In this document: one piece after another, positions 22,101 to 37,100 of the stretch
How the letters are laid out: each line of letters opens with the position of its first letter
Position numbering within the stretch: the first letter of the stretch is position 1
Origin: Candidatus Omnitrophica bacterium UBA6233
Lineage (GTDB): Bacteria > Omnitrophota > Gorgyraeia > Gygaellales > Profunditerraquicolaceae
DNA: 64,000 bases
Direction of reading: 5' to 3'
NCBI GenBank assembly: GCA_002440965.1
Contig: DJWJ01000026.1
Span: 23,439-87,438, forward strand
Notes under the pieces: generated by a model
Seen by the model: only the letters and a program-made list of their open reading frames with translations
Database searches by the model: none
Told to the model about the DNA's origin: nothing
Program-made: the position numbers and the translations under genes

Positions 22101-25100
22101 GCGAGTGATTAACAAGGACTATGGCGTCTTCTCCGGGCAGGTGCCGCACAAAAGGCACTAACCCTGTATCTTTAATATCAACTTTTCTCCCGCAGAATTC
22201 TATTTCTTCCAAATATGCGCTGAAGAATCTTCCCTTACGAAAAACAGGCCTGGATATAAATTTAATCAACTCTGTGAGCGGCCTAACCGCCAGGGAATTA
22301 TCTTTTAAAACATCCGGGTAGGAAAACTGATAAATACCCGCGTCAGGATTCTTCATCATTATGCGCGCTCCCGGAGGAATTCCCATACCGAAAAGCTGAC
22401 GCAAAGGGATAAGAACATACCCGGGGACAGCATAAGAAATCATTGCCGCAGCCATAAGGCGTTCCATGCCGCCAAAAGCGGCCATTGCCGGAGGCTCATC
22501 GTGAGTTTCGACAAAATGAACGCAGCGGCTTAAGAACTCTTCCTTATGCTCACCCATAAATAGATATCCCCGCAAAGAAGCAATATTCCCTTCTCTAAGC
22601 AAATCGTAGAGATATTTATCATAAGGAATCATCCCGCATTTCTGCAGCGTATCATGCGTCCCATAACCATAAGTTTCAGCCAGCATCAACATATTCGGAT
22701 ATTCCTTGCGGGCATCCTCCCAGAATTCATTAGGCATTGATTTTTGGAATTCTTCCCAGCTTATCCCTAAAGGCTCAACCCAGGTCTTCCAGGTATGCTC
22801 TTTTAACCCCAGGTGCGCCAGATCCGCCCTGAAACCGCCGTTATGGGTAAGATAAGCGATCTTGGCCATTATCTCCTTGATCATGAATCTGCGCGCCCTT
22901 TCATCAAAATAATTCACCTGGGCCAGGTTTATCATCGGCGGGTTCTGTTCAAAGAAAGCGTTTTCCCGGGCATGCATAAAAATAAGCCCGGATGTTTTAT
23001 CCTGTGAAAATGAGTGGTATTCATTTTCTATTAAGAATTTCAACTGCTCATCGCAAAGCCCCCGCGACAAGTTGGGAAAATATCTACGCGCCAATTGAAC
23101 GAATCTCTGGTAATCACCGCTTATTGTTAACTCCGGAGCTTCCTTGATTAATGGTGAATCGGCGGCAATATGGTTAGTTACAAAATCAACGACGACCCTT
23201 ATATTTTTGTGTTCCAAGTTTTCGGCCACCGCCCGGAAATCTTTTTCATTACCGGCGACTTTCGGATTAATGCCGTATTTATAGACATCGTAGCCGGAAG
23301 GGCCCCTCTTCAATGTCTCATTATCTTCCTTGTTCCACTTCTGCATCAATTTCCCGGAAAGCTCGCTTTCTTCCCATGACGCTTTAAACCAGATAACTCC
23401 GATACCCATCCCGGAAAGCCAATTCCAAAATCCCGCGGGAACCCTGTCTACGGTTCCATAAGTGTTACTTAAAGCGCGGCCGTCAATTTCAGTAATTATC
23501 TGCGTGGATTCTTCGGGGGGCCTGCGGAATTCGTTGCTCAAGACAGCGATGGTAGATATTCTTTCCATCTCACGGATATAACTTTTATCAATCTCCGCGA
23601 TTTCTTTTAATTGCTCCACGCCCAGGAGAAACGCCCCTAATTCTTTTCTGTGGTCTCTGTAATAAATGTGGGCATTATGACAAGCGCGTTTATGCGCTTC
23701 TCCCGGAGGGCAATGTAATTCCTTTAATTCTCCTGATTCATGGAGACAGATATCGGGAAGCAATATTTCCTGCAGGCGAGAGTCTTCGATAAGTAACCAG
23801 TGGATAACAAACACCAAAGTATTTGCGTATCTTTTGATTTCAAAAAACTTCCCGTTCTTTCTGCCAATAAGTTCAACTTGTATTTTTATCTGCGGCGGAG
23901 CATGGATTAAAATACCTTCCAGCACTTTTTCTACCTGACTAAGTAAACTCTCTTGCTCCATTTCCGTAAGTTTCCCGCCTATTAAAAATATTCTCAACCC
24001 GGCTTCCCCGTTCTTCTTTTCCAAAAATACCTCCGGCTTCCTAACTTCTTGTTTTGCTGTCCCATGATAACCGCGAGGATCTTCTTCATTTGCGCTCCCT
24101 AGCCAAAAATTAGTAGAGCCGGCTACGGGCTTGGATTGTTCGGCTAAAAGTTGATTAATTATATTCAGTATTTTTCCGTAAGGGTCGTTGCCTTCAAGTA
24201 TACCCTGGCTGAATTTTCTGTATAATTCCTTATATTTAGGATCATAAAATACTTTGGCGGTCTCCTGCCTTAAATCCCTGTAATCGGTTTCTTCAAGCTG
24301 ATCCGGAGTTTGATTCCGGATAGGATAATAATTAAAACTGCAAAGTATCCGCTCAAGTTCTAGAGCTTCGTCGTCAGCCAGGATCTTTTCCTTGTTAAAC
24401 TTTATGATCTTATCTATAAGGTTAACGAACAACCTCGCTTTCCATTCCCGCGTTTCGTATAAAAATACCTTTCCAGCGGATATAGCTTCGGTTAAGCTCA
24501 TATCGCCGGTAGTAGCGACCGGTAAATCTGATATGACAACGAGTTTACTAAAAAGTTCGTGCGGTAAGATACCCGAAGGCGCGATAGTCACCTCTGAACC
24601 TCTGCGTGAGGTTGCCATACTACCGGAACCCATATATCCAAATCCTCTTTCCATTGCCTCCTTGCGCAAATACTCTAGCTCCTCTACCCCATTGGCTGAA
24701 ACGAATATCAATTTATTCTTCTTTGCGAATTCCCTGCTTTCTCTTTCGGAAAAACTCAACATCTGCAGATATTCAACAGCCGAATTATAGACATAAACCA
24801 GGCCGATAAGTGCCTGGCTAAAGTCATTTAAACGAAGCGGGCTGATTTCTTGAATGCCGCTTACCGCAAAGATATCAGAAATAACCTTTTTCCTTTCCGC
24901 AAGCTTTTCTTGAGAATTTAAATTATCGTAATAGGCTTTATACTTAAGAATAGCCGATTCAACAAAGAACCCAATGGCTTCTTTACCAAATCCGGCCTTA
25001 AGCATCAATGCTGAAGGCGACTTGTTCTTCTTAACAGAAGAGGATATTCTCTTAACAGGCGGCACATAATCATATTCTTCCAGGGAGATTTTAATATTCG

Positions 25101-28100
25101 GGGTTCCTCTCAATGCTTCAAAAACGCTTTCTTCCCACCCTTCACTTACAGAAATAAGGATATCCTCTTTTTTTAGGTCTTTTTTGAGAGCCTCTATTTC
25201 CTGAAAAGCTATTTCAACCCCGCTGTCGGCAAGGAATCTGCCAAAATTAATCTTTATAACTTCGTTAAATACGGCCTCATCTTCGGGCCTTCGTTTTACA
25301 TTAACTAATTTTAGTTCTACTTCCGGGACCAATTTTTTTAATCCCTTCGCAAAATTGGCCGCTTCTGCCGCATCACCGCATCTGCCAAAATGCCTGAAGA
25401 GAACTATTATCCTCCCTTTTATCCCTGACGAAGGCGGGCCGCAGATTCCATTAGGCTGGACATTTTGAGGCTTAAGGTCTTTAAGTGGAAGGGGAGAATT
25501 TTTATTCAAGGTGTAATTTTTTAAAAGAAGGGTATCGAGCGCTTCCTTTATCAAAACCCACATTTCCGCTTTTCGCGAGCCGATCTCTGCCAAATGCAAC
25601 TGATACACATCCTTAGTCAGCTTCTTTAATTCCAATAACTGTTTTACCTTTTCAGCGTTAAAAGATAATTCGAGTTCCTCGAAAGCCTTCTCCAGTTTTT
25701 CGGCAAGAATAAGCGCGGCGCGGGAATCATCGTCTTGCGGTATATTATTTAATGTCGCGGCGGCTAATCTAAACAGTTTTCTTTGTTCGCCGCGCGATAA
25801 TCTCCGGTTAAAATACTCTCCAAGCTCGCTTAGATAATCATTAACGTTAATATGCGCGGGCAACCGCCGCTTTTGGTGTTTCTTGGTTGCCGGTATGGCC
25901 ATCAAACTGCGGATAAGCGAACTGGTAATTACTTTCGAACAAGCGGCAGCCTTCATTATTGCCTCTATAAAGTCTTCATCCGCGCAGATAATAGAATCAG
26001 TGCCATAGCTCTCGCCATCCAGATGAGTGGACATCCAAAATACCGCCCTGAAATTATCCTCGGCCCTCTCCTTCCTCAAGGCGTCAATAAGCGCGTTCGA
26101 TTTCTGCAAAACAATATGTTCCAGCTGACAAAATTTTGCCTGTTCAACACAAACCTCTTGGCCTTTGTAAGGATATCTTTTGGAATCCCGCAGCAACTCT
26201 TCCACACTGGAATCTTTAACGCAGTATTCATCCCTGCCAAGCTTATTAATCCAGGCGGCAATATCTTTTATCCGGGCAATTTTAATTAATCTGTCCAACA
26301 TCAGGCTGTCTTCTCTAACGGCAATCTTGGATTTAAAAGTAAAACCTTGCAGGCTGTCCGCGTCTGCTACCACATCCTCATCCGAAATAATAGCGGCCGC
26401 CAGCAAATAGGCTATAGCCGGAGAAACCCTAAAATTGTATTTAAAATACCTCTGCGCAAGGATAGCGCAAGTGCAGGATACCGAATCTTTAATTTCAGAA
26501 TTTTTAGGCGCAGGAATATCGTTTAATTTAGGATGGTGGTCTATGATCGAGATTACCTCAAAAGCCCTGAGCTCTTCTCTTTCAACTCCGCTATAGTCAA
26601 ATGAGGCAAATTTTATTTTCCCTCTTGCTTCATCGGGCATCCGGGCAATCTTTTTGATCGGTTCTTCGATGTTTTGATAATAAATCATATCATTTTCTTT
26701 AATACCAACGTCCCCCAAAACATCCCTTGTCCCCTCATCTAAGCTATCATTCATTACCGGGAAATACTGAACCTTTTTTTCTTCCCCGGGGAGAATATTC
26801 TTAATTTTGGTAAAAAGATGCGCGCCCAAGAATGCCGAGATGCCGCCATCTTTTTCCTGAGTCCGATGCGGCAAGCAAATAACTATTTCTTCATTTATCT
26901 CTTCTCCCTTAGCAATCTTTTCCAAGTAGCCCGTGAGTTTCTGTAAGTTCTGCTCTTTTGAAAACTTTTGCAAATCGGAATCGAAATGCTCCGGAATAAT
27001 ACTTTTTTTGCTTAATAGTTCATTTTTATTTTTGCCTGAATCATCAGGATTTAAGGGTTTTAGGCCATTTATAAATTCATCCAAACCCTTGGCTATAGAG
27101 TTCTTGAATCTTTCAGCCGATTCCACAAAATCACGGTCATATTCAAGGAGCCGCTTTCCTTCCTGGACCTGGCTTAAGAAAATGGTTTTATTTTCTTCGC
27201 ATTTCTTATGCAGCTCCACAGGTTTGGCATATAATTTCAGGAATACTCCAAAATCATCTGCTCCCAAATCATTTTTAGCTGCCTGATAATACCCATACAC
27301 CTCTAAAAACATCAGGAATGACTGCCAACCGATTGCCGCAGACAAAAGATTAGGATAATCTTTAAGGATATTATAAACAGGCCCGCTGATGTAGATAGCC
27401 CCCCGCTTAAGAGAATGACGAATATAACAACGGGAACCGTTCTTGCCCTGCGCAAGAAAAGGATAGGCCTGGCCTGTTATCTCCAGAGCGACTATGTCGA
27501 GATTCCTTTCATCGAGGAACTTATTATAGGCTTCCTTAATCTCTTCCGGAGCCCATCCGTTTAAATACCCAAAGGCAGCCAAAGCGGAAATAATGCCCGG
27601 GGCAAGCTTTTTTATTTCCCGGATGGTTTTTTCAATACGGCTTCTCTCTTTAAACCTTCTGTCCTCACACCCCTTTTCGCTGGAGGAAAACTTAATATCC
27701 TTATCTCCCCACAATAAATACATACCTCTGCTTTTTCGAACCGACTCTTTTAAAATCTGTTCGGGTATCTCATCGACAGGCAAAAGCACTTTCTTTATCA
27801 GTCCTGCGACATCCGAGGAAAAGATATAGGTAAGGATAGATTTCATTTTAAAATAAAAATATTTCGGACGGACAGTCCCTTTTATCGCCGCTAAAAGGGA
27901 TTCATTGCTGGCCTCAACATAAAACTTCTTTTCTTTTTCTTCCCGCGATAAATTAAACTTAAGGGAATTTACGTCACTGATTTTTATAATCTTTATGTGC
28001 GACTTCCAGCGATTCAACAGAACATCCCGGTCAAAAGGCTCATTCTCCGTATCAATAGTTTTAACTGTTATATTCGCTACAGGAAGAACCCAGCTGATAA

Positions 28101-31100
28101 GCCTGAATAAACTTACTACCATAATATTGAGCAGAGGCCGTTCCTTAATATATTCTAATGTCTTTTTCAAAATTTTAAGTTGCTCGGTATTAACTGCGTA
28201 AGGGGCTCTTACATCCATTAAAGCCAAAGCAATACAATTGCTTTCCCAGGGCTTAAGCCCGGCCTCATCAAAAAGAGACAAAGGAAGGTTTCCCTCGGGG
28301 TGAATACTTCCATCAATCAATTCCCATTTTCTATATTCTCCTTTATACTTACCTATCCATATTACCGGATTAAATATTACGGGAAGCGAAATACTGGCTC
28401 TTATGGCTAAGTCTATGGGCATATCCGGGCAATTCTCTGCGTTTAGCTTCAAGAGCCTCTTAGTGAGGTAATCTACAGCTGTAACTGTCAGATTAAACGG
28501 GTAATTGGCTTCTTTAAGCTCACCGAAAGTGGGGATAAAACCAAACCTGTCTATTATAAGGCTTCTAATCCACTCTAATACGGCGTCTCCTTTAGATATT
28601 CCTCCGCGGGAAAGAAGATTCCAAGTGAAACCAATACTGCCAACGGGAGGGTTGGAGAATCCGGATGCGTCCGTATCGTATGCTTTTTCTTTGGCGGCCC
28701 TGGCATCATAACCAAGCATCAAGAATAAAGCGACAATTGCCCCTATTGACGTCGCTCCCAGATTAGTAAAACAATATCCTTCTTTTTCTATTGCCTCTAT
28801 AATTTGGTAATAACGTAAACCGTCGATGCCGCCTCCGGGAATTATACCGTAATCAATCAGCTTCTTGCTTTGCCGGTATTTTTCAATCTCCGGGATTACC
28901 TTTCGAATCTGCTCTTTTCTCCATTCTTTACATTCAATATCTGGTCCTTTGGTATCCGGCGATACTGCGGTTTTCTCCTTGTGTCTTTCCTTAAAATCGG
29001 AGATCTCGGCAGCCAGGCCGTGCCAAAAACAAAAGATGGCAAAGGCAAGCATAGGAATAAAGAAAAAAACTACCGTCAGGAATAAACAGGTGTTTTCACT
29101 TACGTTAGAACCCGGCCCCATGGGCCAACCGGCAGTTAGAATACCTGTTAAGAAAAAGGTTGTTAGAGATACAACAGGCAGGAATAAACGGAAAATGCGG
29201 CTGCGGATTCTCGCTAAAATACTGCCGGATTTACCGGCTGGCGGCTGGTTGCGCGCTTTATCCGGTTGAACGGAATTTTGTGTTTTGGAAGCGCTTTCGT
29301 TTTCCGGAAAAATAAGAATATTCAATTCGGTTTCTTTATCAAAGAAATACGCGCGTTTCATATCAAATACTACGTCTATCTCTGTGTCTTTCTTGGGCCG
29401 GCCTTTTGTAAAGACTGCCTTAAAATTAATGCCATCAACAGAAAGCCCAACCTCTGCCTTTGAACCTAACTCTTCAGTTATATCTACTTTTACATGCACC
29501 GCATTATATGGACTATATAATCCCTGAACCTGAACATTCTGGGCATATAGCTTATCGTATATATCATTTGGCCTTATGCCAAAAAAGATATCCTTATTAA
29601 CATAGCCGGATATTTGCTCCGCCATTGTATCGTCAATTTTTAGAATAAAATTTTCTCCTGCCTTAAAATAATACCCTTCATTTCGTAAAATCTTCCCTTC
29701 TATGAAATTCATCGATGGGGAACCGATAAAACCAGCGACAAATTTATTCTTCGGCTTATCATAAACATCCATAGGTTCCCCGATTTGCTGGATAGTGCCG
29801 TCTTTCATCACCATTATCCGCGTGCCCATAGTTAAAGCTTCAATTTGATCATGGGTAACGAAAATAAAGGTGGTCTCTTTGCCTAAACGCTGATGCAGCT
29901 TTTTCAGCTCGGTACGCATCTGGCCGCGCAGCTTAGCGTCTAAATTACTTAAGGGTTCATCAAAAAGAAAAACCAACGGTTTACGCACAATAGTACGACC
30001 GATAGCCACGCGCTGTCTCTCGCCGCCGGAAATATTACGAGGCTTCTTCTCAAGCAGTTCTACGATACCTAAAATCTGGGCTGCTTCCGTAACTTTAGCT
30101 TTAATCAATTCTTTCTTTACTTTTCTCAGCTTTAACCCAAAAGCCATATTCTCAAAAATTGTCATATGGGAATAGAGCGCATAATTTTGGAAAACCAGAG
30201 CAATGTTACGGTCTTTTGCCGGCGTGTCATTAACAAGATTGTTTCTTATATATATTTTCCCTTCGCTTATCTCTTCCAAACCAGCAATCATCCTTAGTGT
30301 AGTAGACTTCCCGCATCCTGACGGCCCGACTATAATAAAAAATTCTCCTTCATCAACCTCAAAATCTATGGATTTAACCGCATAATGCACCGGATCCTTG
30401 CTTCTGCCGGGATAAATTTTACTTAACTTAACGGCTCTCACGCTCTTATTCAAAGCTGAATCGCATTCTTTTACCCTATCGGCCTTTTGATTAGCTTCGG
30501 TTTCTGAATGCGCGAATAATCTGGTTTGGCTAAGTCTTTTTGCTTGATAAACTTTGATTGCTTTATAAATTTTATAGCCCAGATAAATCAGTAGCCCGGC
30601 AGATATAACCACTTTAGCTAAAACGGACAGTCCGCTTAAAAACGGCAAGCCGGCGAACAAGGATACATTGGCCGGAGAAACATTGGCATAACAATCCCGC
30701 ATTTTTTGGTACCGATCATTCAAGGAATTTTTCTTTGCGCCGTAAAATCTAAAAGACGGGGCCCTATCTTTAGAAAATATCCACTCCGGCAGTTCATCCT
30801 GCAGGATTTCTTCTTCCGGCCATAGCGGTATGCTCATCCAATCCATCCCGCTTATATCGATTGCGGCAAACAGCTTCCCTAATCTTCTCTGATGCGCCTG
30901 AGCAAAGAAACGGCCTCTCGCAGCCCAGGCGAGCGGAGCATCGGTTCCCTCTATTGCATGCGGACCCCTCTTACCAGTAAGGTAATCTAAACGTTTCCTG
31001 CTGTTTTTAAGCGGTATTCCTTCCAGAAGAGCATCCATCCATCCGCGAGTCTTTTCCTCGCTTCCCAGCTCTTTAGCGTAATCCAGAATATATTTTCCCA

Positions 31101-34100
31101 CGTATTCAATGGCTCGGTATCCTCTTTTGGCCAAGCTCATGAATTCCCCGAATTCTTTATAGGCGTATTCGTTATAATAAGGAGGCAATTCCAGGAACAA
31201 ATGATGCTCTTTAAGCCATGTCCTTATATTTTTATTCTCCAAGCCGGCGCTAAAAACCAACCTAAGCAGATTCAAAGTTTCCAGCCATTCCTCCTGCGGA
31301 TAGATGCCGATTTTTTCTAACTCTTTAAGCGCTTCATTAAAGGCGGGCCAGATTTCGTCTGAAGTAATATAGCGGTCAATGATTTTATGCACAAAATCAT
31401 CGTTATCAGGATAGTAGCAATGCAGTAATTCTTCGAGAAGCGTAAGAAAGATAACCGGGGGCGGGGCGCGGCTTAATACTGGATTCCATTGAATATATCC
31501 GTCGATAACGCAAGCCAGCCTTTCCAGGAGATGCTCTGAACTCAACCTTACATCCGGATTCTTGAGGATGCGGACAAATAAATCATTCGGTTGAGGATTA
31601 TTTTGCTGGAATTGGGCCATTGTTTTTAACGCCTCTGCTAAAGGTTCGACTAAGAATTGCGGCAAACTGCCTTTAAATTTCAGCGCGTTATTTTCTACAA
31701 ATAAACTGATCGTAGAGTCTTCATATTTATCCCCCTTATAACTTAAAGATTTATCAATCAGAAAACGCGAAGTATGGAAATTTGCAGATGGCGTTTTTGT
31801 TCCGCTGGATTTGCATAATATCACCTTGTTCCTGCCTGAACCTTTGGCCTGATAAAGCGCCTTATCCGCGCTATCTATTAACTTCTCAAAGGACATATCC
31901 GGTTTTAAACCAGCTACTCCTATGCTTACAGTGCACTTTAAACTCAACGCCTTGCCTTCATACGAGGCTACGAATTCATTCTTCTCGATTGCCTTTCTAA
32001 TATTTTCGGCAACTGTTTCACAAGCATCATTTTCCTTGGTATGCGGCAAAATTATCGCAATCTCCTCGCCGCCGTAACGGCAGACAATATCTCCGTCTCT
32101 GACCATTTTTCTTATCAATACCGCGATTTCCTTAAGAACAAAATCCCCGGTTAAATGGCCGAACTCATCGTTATATTTTTTGAAATAATCGATATCCAAA
32201 ATCAACAAAGACAAAGGATACTTATACCTTCGGGCATTCTTAATCTCTATGGGCAAATGTTCGTTGAAATACCCGCGGTTAAAAATGTTCGTCAGAAGAG
32301 GATCTATGGAAACCTTGCCCCTAAGCTTACGGTTCTCGGCTTTAAGAGTTTCGTTTTCCAGCAGGACTTTCCGGTATTCTTCGGAAGTAACAAGACAGCC
32401 CGGCTCTGAATACGCGTAATCTTTCAAATCGGAACCGCGTATGCCGCGCCTTACTCTATCGCTAATTTCTTCCAGCGACTTATGGTCTCCGACAGCAAAA
32501 GTCGGCGCGTTAGGAACTATCGCCTTATTCATCTCAACCAGCATCTGCGCCGCGCCAAATCCTATAAAGGAATTTATTCCGTATTCATCTTTCATCCGCC
32601 TCATAGCATCCGCCTGAAAAACCGGCCTCAAAAATCCTTTTTCCAATTCATCGCGGACATCACGGGCAGTTGTAATCACTCCCTGTGTCGCGGAAGAGGT
32701 AATTATAGGCACGCGGGGGCCACGACAAACAAACCCCTTTAACCAATCCCGCAGCTTATCCTCTGCGCCTATTCCGTAAAAACTGTTATGCACTGTCTTT
32801 CTTGCAGAATGCAAGAACCTAACTCTTCTAACTCCACTCTCTCTTGTAGTATTTATGAAAGACAGGATTTTTTCTTTTAAACTCTGCAGCTCTTCTTCCC
32901 GGAGGCGCGCCGCCAAGGTTAACAAAAACGGAGAGTTATCCGAAAGCATTTCTACTTTTCCGGGTATGAGTAGTTTTTCTATTTCCCTGCGGCTTACGCC
33001 TTGTATAAGAATCGTTGTATAATCCACATCTGTTCTTGCGCTGGTGTATTCTGTCAGGTTTCTGATATAACAAAGCCCCTGTTGTAACGATATGGCTCCG
33101 GATAAAACAAAAGATGTTATAACTCCTACGCTATATCCCTCAAAGAAACGGGGGGCAAAACTTTTTCCTGTTTTCTCGACAAAAACTTTATATGCCCCGA
33201 TTGAATATAAAAATCCCGCGAGGGCAAGGACTGAAAAGTTATTTTCGTCGGCGGCGAAACTATACAGCAATAATCTCTCGACAGGATATTTAGCTCCTAA
33301 AAACCGGGAGGCGCCGCGATACAACCTCTTGATAGCAGGATACTCATTATATAAGCCGCGGATGCCAGAGATATTCTGCTGGGTAACGGATTTCGTAGGC
33401 GGGAAGATACAGGCGATATCTTTAGCAGGATGAGTTAAACGGGAACAATCATTGTTTTTTAACCATCTAATATAACTGGAGTCCGGACTAAGGCCTGCCT
33501 CCGTGATATCTTCAATATAAGAAGATAATAAGATATTCCTTTCTTCTGCCAGTTCTAAGGTATAAGCGACATCTCTCAGATTCTGTTCGTTTTCAAATTC
33601 GGCATCAAATCTGCCAAAAATAAGATGGGATATCTCATGGAAAAACATCACCTGGGCAACGATATATTTTATATTCAGGTTGAAAATAGCATGGACTGTC
33701 TCGGGACAAATAAAGATCGCGGTTAGGCTTAGAGAGGAGACTTGCGCGGTATAAGGAGAATTTCTTTTGATCTTATCTACACCGATAATTTTAAGGATTA
33801 ATTCTTCCTGTCTTGTCCTGGATTTAACTGCTTCAATAAGCGCACCCCGGGCAGCTTCGGAGAAAACCTCTAACGTTTTATCTAGAAGGATACTTACATT
33901 TCTTGCTTCCGCTACCTTTTTAAAGTCTTTCTCTGCGGATACGATTATCTCTTTTTCCCCGGAAACGCCCTTCCTGCAGAAATCATCCGCTAAAGCGCAA
34001 CTGTCTTTTTGCATTTCCGAAGCCTGCCAATAATTACACTTTCTATCCTCCACAAGTATCATTCTACTCTTATACCGCACATAGCATCTTAACTGCTGCC

Positions 34101-37100
34101 AAGAAGATACATTGTTGATAAAGCCGTCTTTGGCTAACAGAATTCCTCCCTCTTTAAGCGCCCTACCGAGCATCTCTATAAAATCACCGTTATAGGCATT
34201 ATCACCCAAGTGGCACAACACGTGACTAGCGGTAATTACGCTTGCCCCGAGCAAGCCGTCTCTGGCGGGATTATCCGTAATCCGCAGACGTAGCCCCCTG
34301 TTCTCAAGATGTTTTTTAACCGGGTCGAATTCAATACGCAGATTCCCGCGGTGCGCATCTTTTTTTCTTTCGATTAAATCTCTAATATTCTTTTCTCCCA
34401 AGAACGCGATGATATCTCTGTAAATATGCGTTCCGCGAACATTTTCTTTTAATACATCCTTACGATCCCGGTAAACAATTCCCGGGGCCACAGCTAATGT
34501 GCAGTAACTTACCTTACAACCGGATATCTTAGCTATAATTTCGGTAATTTCGTATTTCCTGTTCACGGATAGCATCAATTCTTCAATATTGCTCCCCCAA
34601 TTGCCATACGGGGACGAATGCTTCACGATATCTGTTCGAATTTCTTCGGGGAAACCGGAAAATGGAATGGTGATGAAAGCACGCGGGATGGCTGCAGGAA
34701 GCTCTGTCCCGACAACATCTATATTGCGATTCAGCGCTTTTAATCTGTCTGCCATTTCAACTGTCGTTATCGGCAAAGCCCCCACTCCGATATCTACAAT
34801 CAAATGCTTTCCGTTATATAAATCAACCCCATAAACATACCTGCACCAAGGAGAAATAATGAATTCTGTTACCTGATTATTGCGATTCTCACTAGTCAAC
34901 TTATTGAAAACTCTTGGCAAGGATTTATCCACAGCGTTCCAGCTTATTCTCCTTAAACTGCCTAATAATGATTCGATCCTTCTTTCTTCCCCTTTTACAA
35001 AAACCTGCATCCCCTTGACCTGACAAGGCATTTCCCATTTATGGCGAATAATTTCCTGCAATTCACCCTCGATACGCCTCGCATCATGGTTTCCTATAGC
35101 AGTAATGAGGGCTTCACCCTTGGTAGTTATATAATCCCTGTTTTTCATGTCCTTGGCATCTAGAGATGATAAATACTTCCGTCCTTTCTCCGGAAAGAAT
35201 AATTTCGTCCCTTTATCAATCCATCCGCGCAAGAAACGGATAAACTGCTTATCCCTGGGAGAAAAACTTATACCGCAGACTGCCAGGCTTAAACCGGCTG
35301 TATCAACCGGCAACGAAACGATGGAGGACTTTGACAACGCGCCCAGGACAATCCCGAAAAAGAGCGAGAAGGAATAGCAAAAAACTATTGTTATACCGTT
35401 CCATAAACCGGCAGTTATGCCGTCATCAAAATAGAGTATATATTTTATTGAGGAAGCGGCTACGCATACTGCCAGGATGACCGGCAGATACGGCTTATAG
35501 AAAGCCAGGATAGAAAACGGCATGCCCCCGGTTGCCAATGCGTAAATAAAGAATAATCCTCCAAAAATAACACCGACGCCTTTAGGCGAACGTATCAATA
35601 CGGACCAAATCAACCCGAAGCTCAAAAGAATAAACCCGGTAACAAGCCCTGCAGGACTAGGGGTAACCATACGCGGGATGACCGCAAAACTAAGGAAGAT
35701 ACCGAGAACCACGCTCATAAGATTAGCAAACATATGGATACCCATTATCTTGATGGTGGAACCCATATGGCCGGGAATAATCGACCGATGATATTCGCCG
35801 TAAATCAGCGTCGTCCAGGAAAATAAAGCTGCGATTACAAGGAAAACCGGATAAGACAGGACGGCGGTCTTTATTGTTTGAACAACCCCTCCCAGGTCTG
35901 CGGCGAAGGCAAAAGCCGGCGAGAATGATAAGAGTAAAATTGCGCCGCCTATAACAAGAAAAGCTTTGAACTGATGGATTAAGGAAGACTCCTTGCGCAG
36001 GAGAAGGGAGGTAACCGCAGGTTCTTTATTACTTCTTAGTCTTTGGATACGCTGGTTAAGACTATCCGCAACATAGAGATTACCTTGGGGATCAAAAGCT
36101 AGGCCTTCGGGATTGTTAAACTTTCCAAGGGCTGTTCTTGACATACAATCTCTTCTTCCGGCGAAGAGCTCCCATTGTTGAGTTTGGATGTTAAAGCGCT
36201 GGATACGGTGGTCAAAAGAATCTGCAACGTAGAGGCTGCCTTGGGTATCAAAAGCTAGGCCTTCAGGGCAGTTAAACTCCCAAGGGGCCTTACCTGCTGC
36301 GCAATCTTTGCTTCCAACAAAGCACTCCCACTCCTTGCTCAAGGCAGGCAGGGATTCGGCTGGCTGCTGCATCTTAGTTTCCATCTCCTGCCAGTTTAGC
36401 TCTTGTCCTTTGAAACTCTCGTAATGCTCTTGGATAAAGTTAGTTATTTCTTCAATGGCAGGACGGGTGGCGATGTCGGATAGGCTATGCTTATCAAGAA
36501 GTTTTAGCCAGGCTCCAACAGAGATTTGCTTATTCAGCTTGCCGGATAATGTCTTCAGGGCTTGTTTCTCTTTAGGGTTAAGCCCGTAGTAAGCTTTAGC
36601 CATCTCCAGGATAGTTAATAGCTCGGTGGTAAGATTATCTGCCTCAAGAGGCAGGCTGAAGTGGGCTGCTTCTTCGACAAGGCCAAGGTAGAGCAGATAG
36701 ATCAAATCCTCTTCTGAAGCATATTTATCTAGCGCCTGGTCTATGCCGATAGTGGGCCTGTTGCCTACCTTTACTATCTCTACCATCGAGGCTGCCTGCG
36801 CTGAATCAATCCTGTAATACTTAAGGCCGGTAAGATTGGCCTCCAGGAGCGAGTGGTAACGAGGGAACCTGCTTTTTAACAAGGCCAGAGCTTTGTTGAC
36901 CGCGTTATACATACCCTCATCAAGCCTGGCTAATTTAATCCACTGCCTAGAAGGCAAAGAGCCCTCCTTGCGCAGGAGAAGGGAGGTAACCTGCGGAAGA
37001 TTCCCCGCGAATTGCTGTAATATGCCCTCCCCTACCGTAACCGCCAGCAGGCCGGCGACAAAAAGCTTCTCATCCGGAGAAATTTTCTCTTCATGCGATA

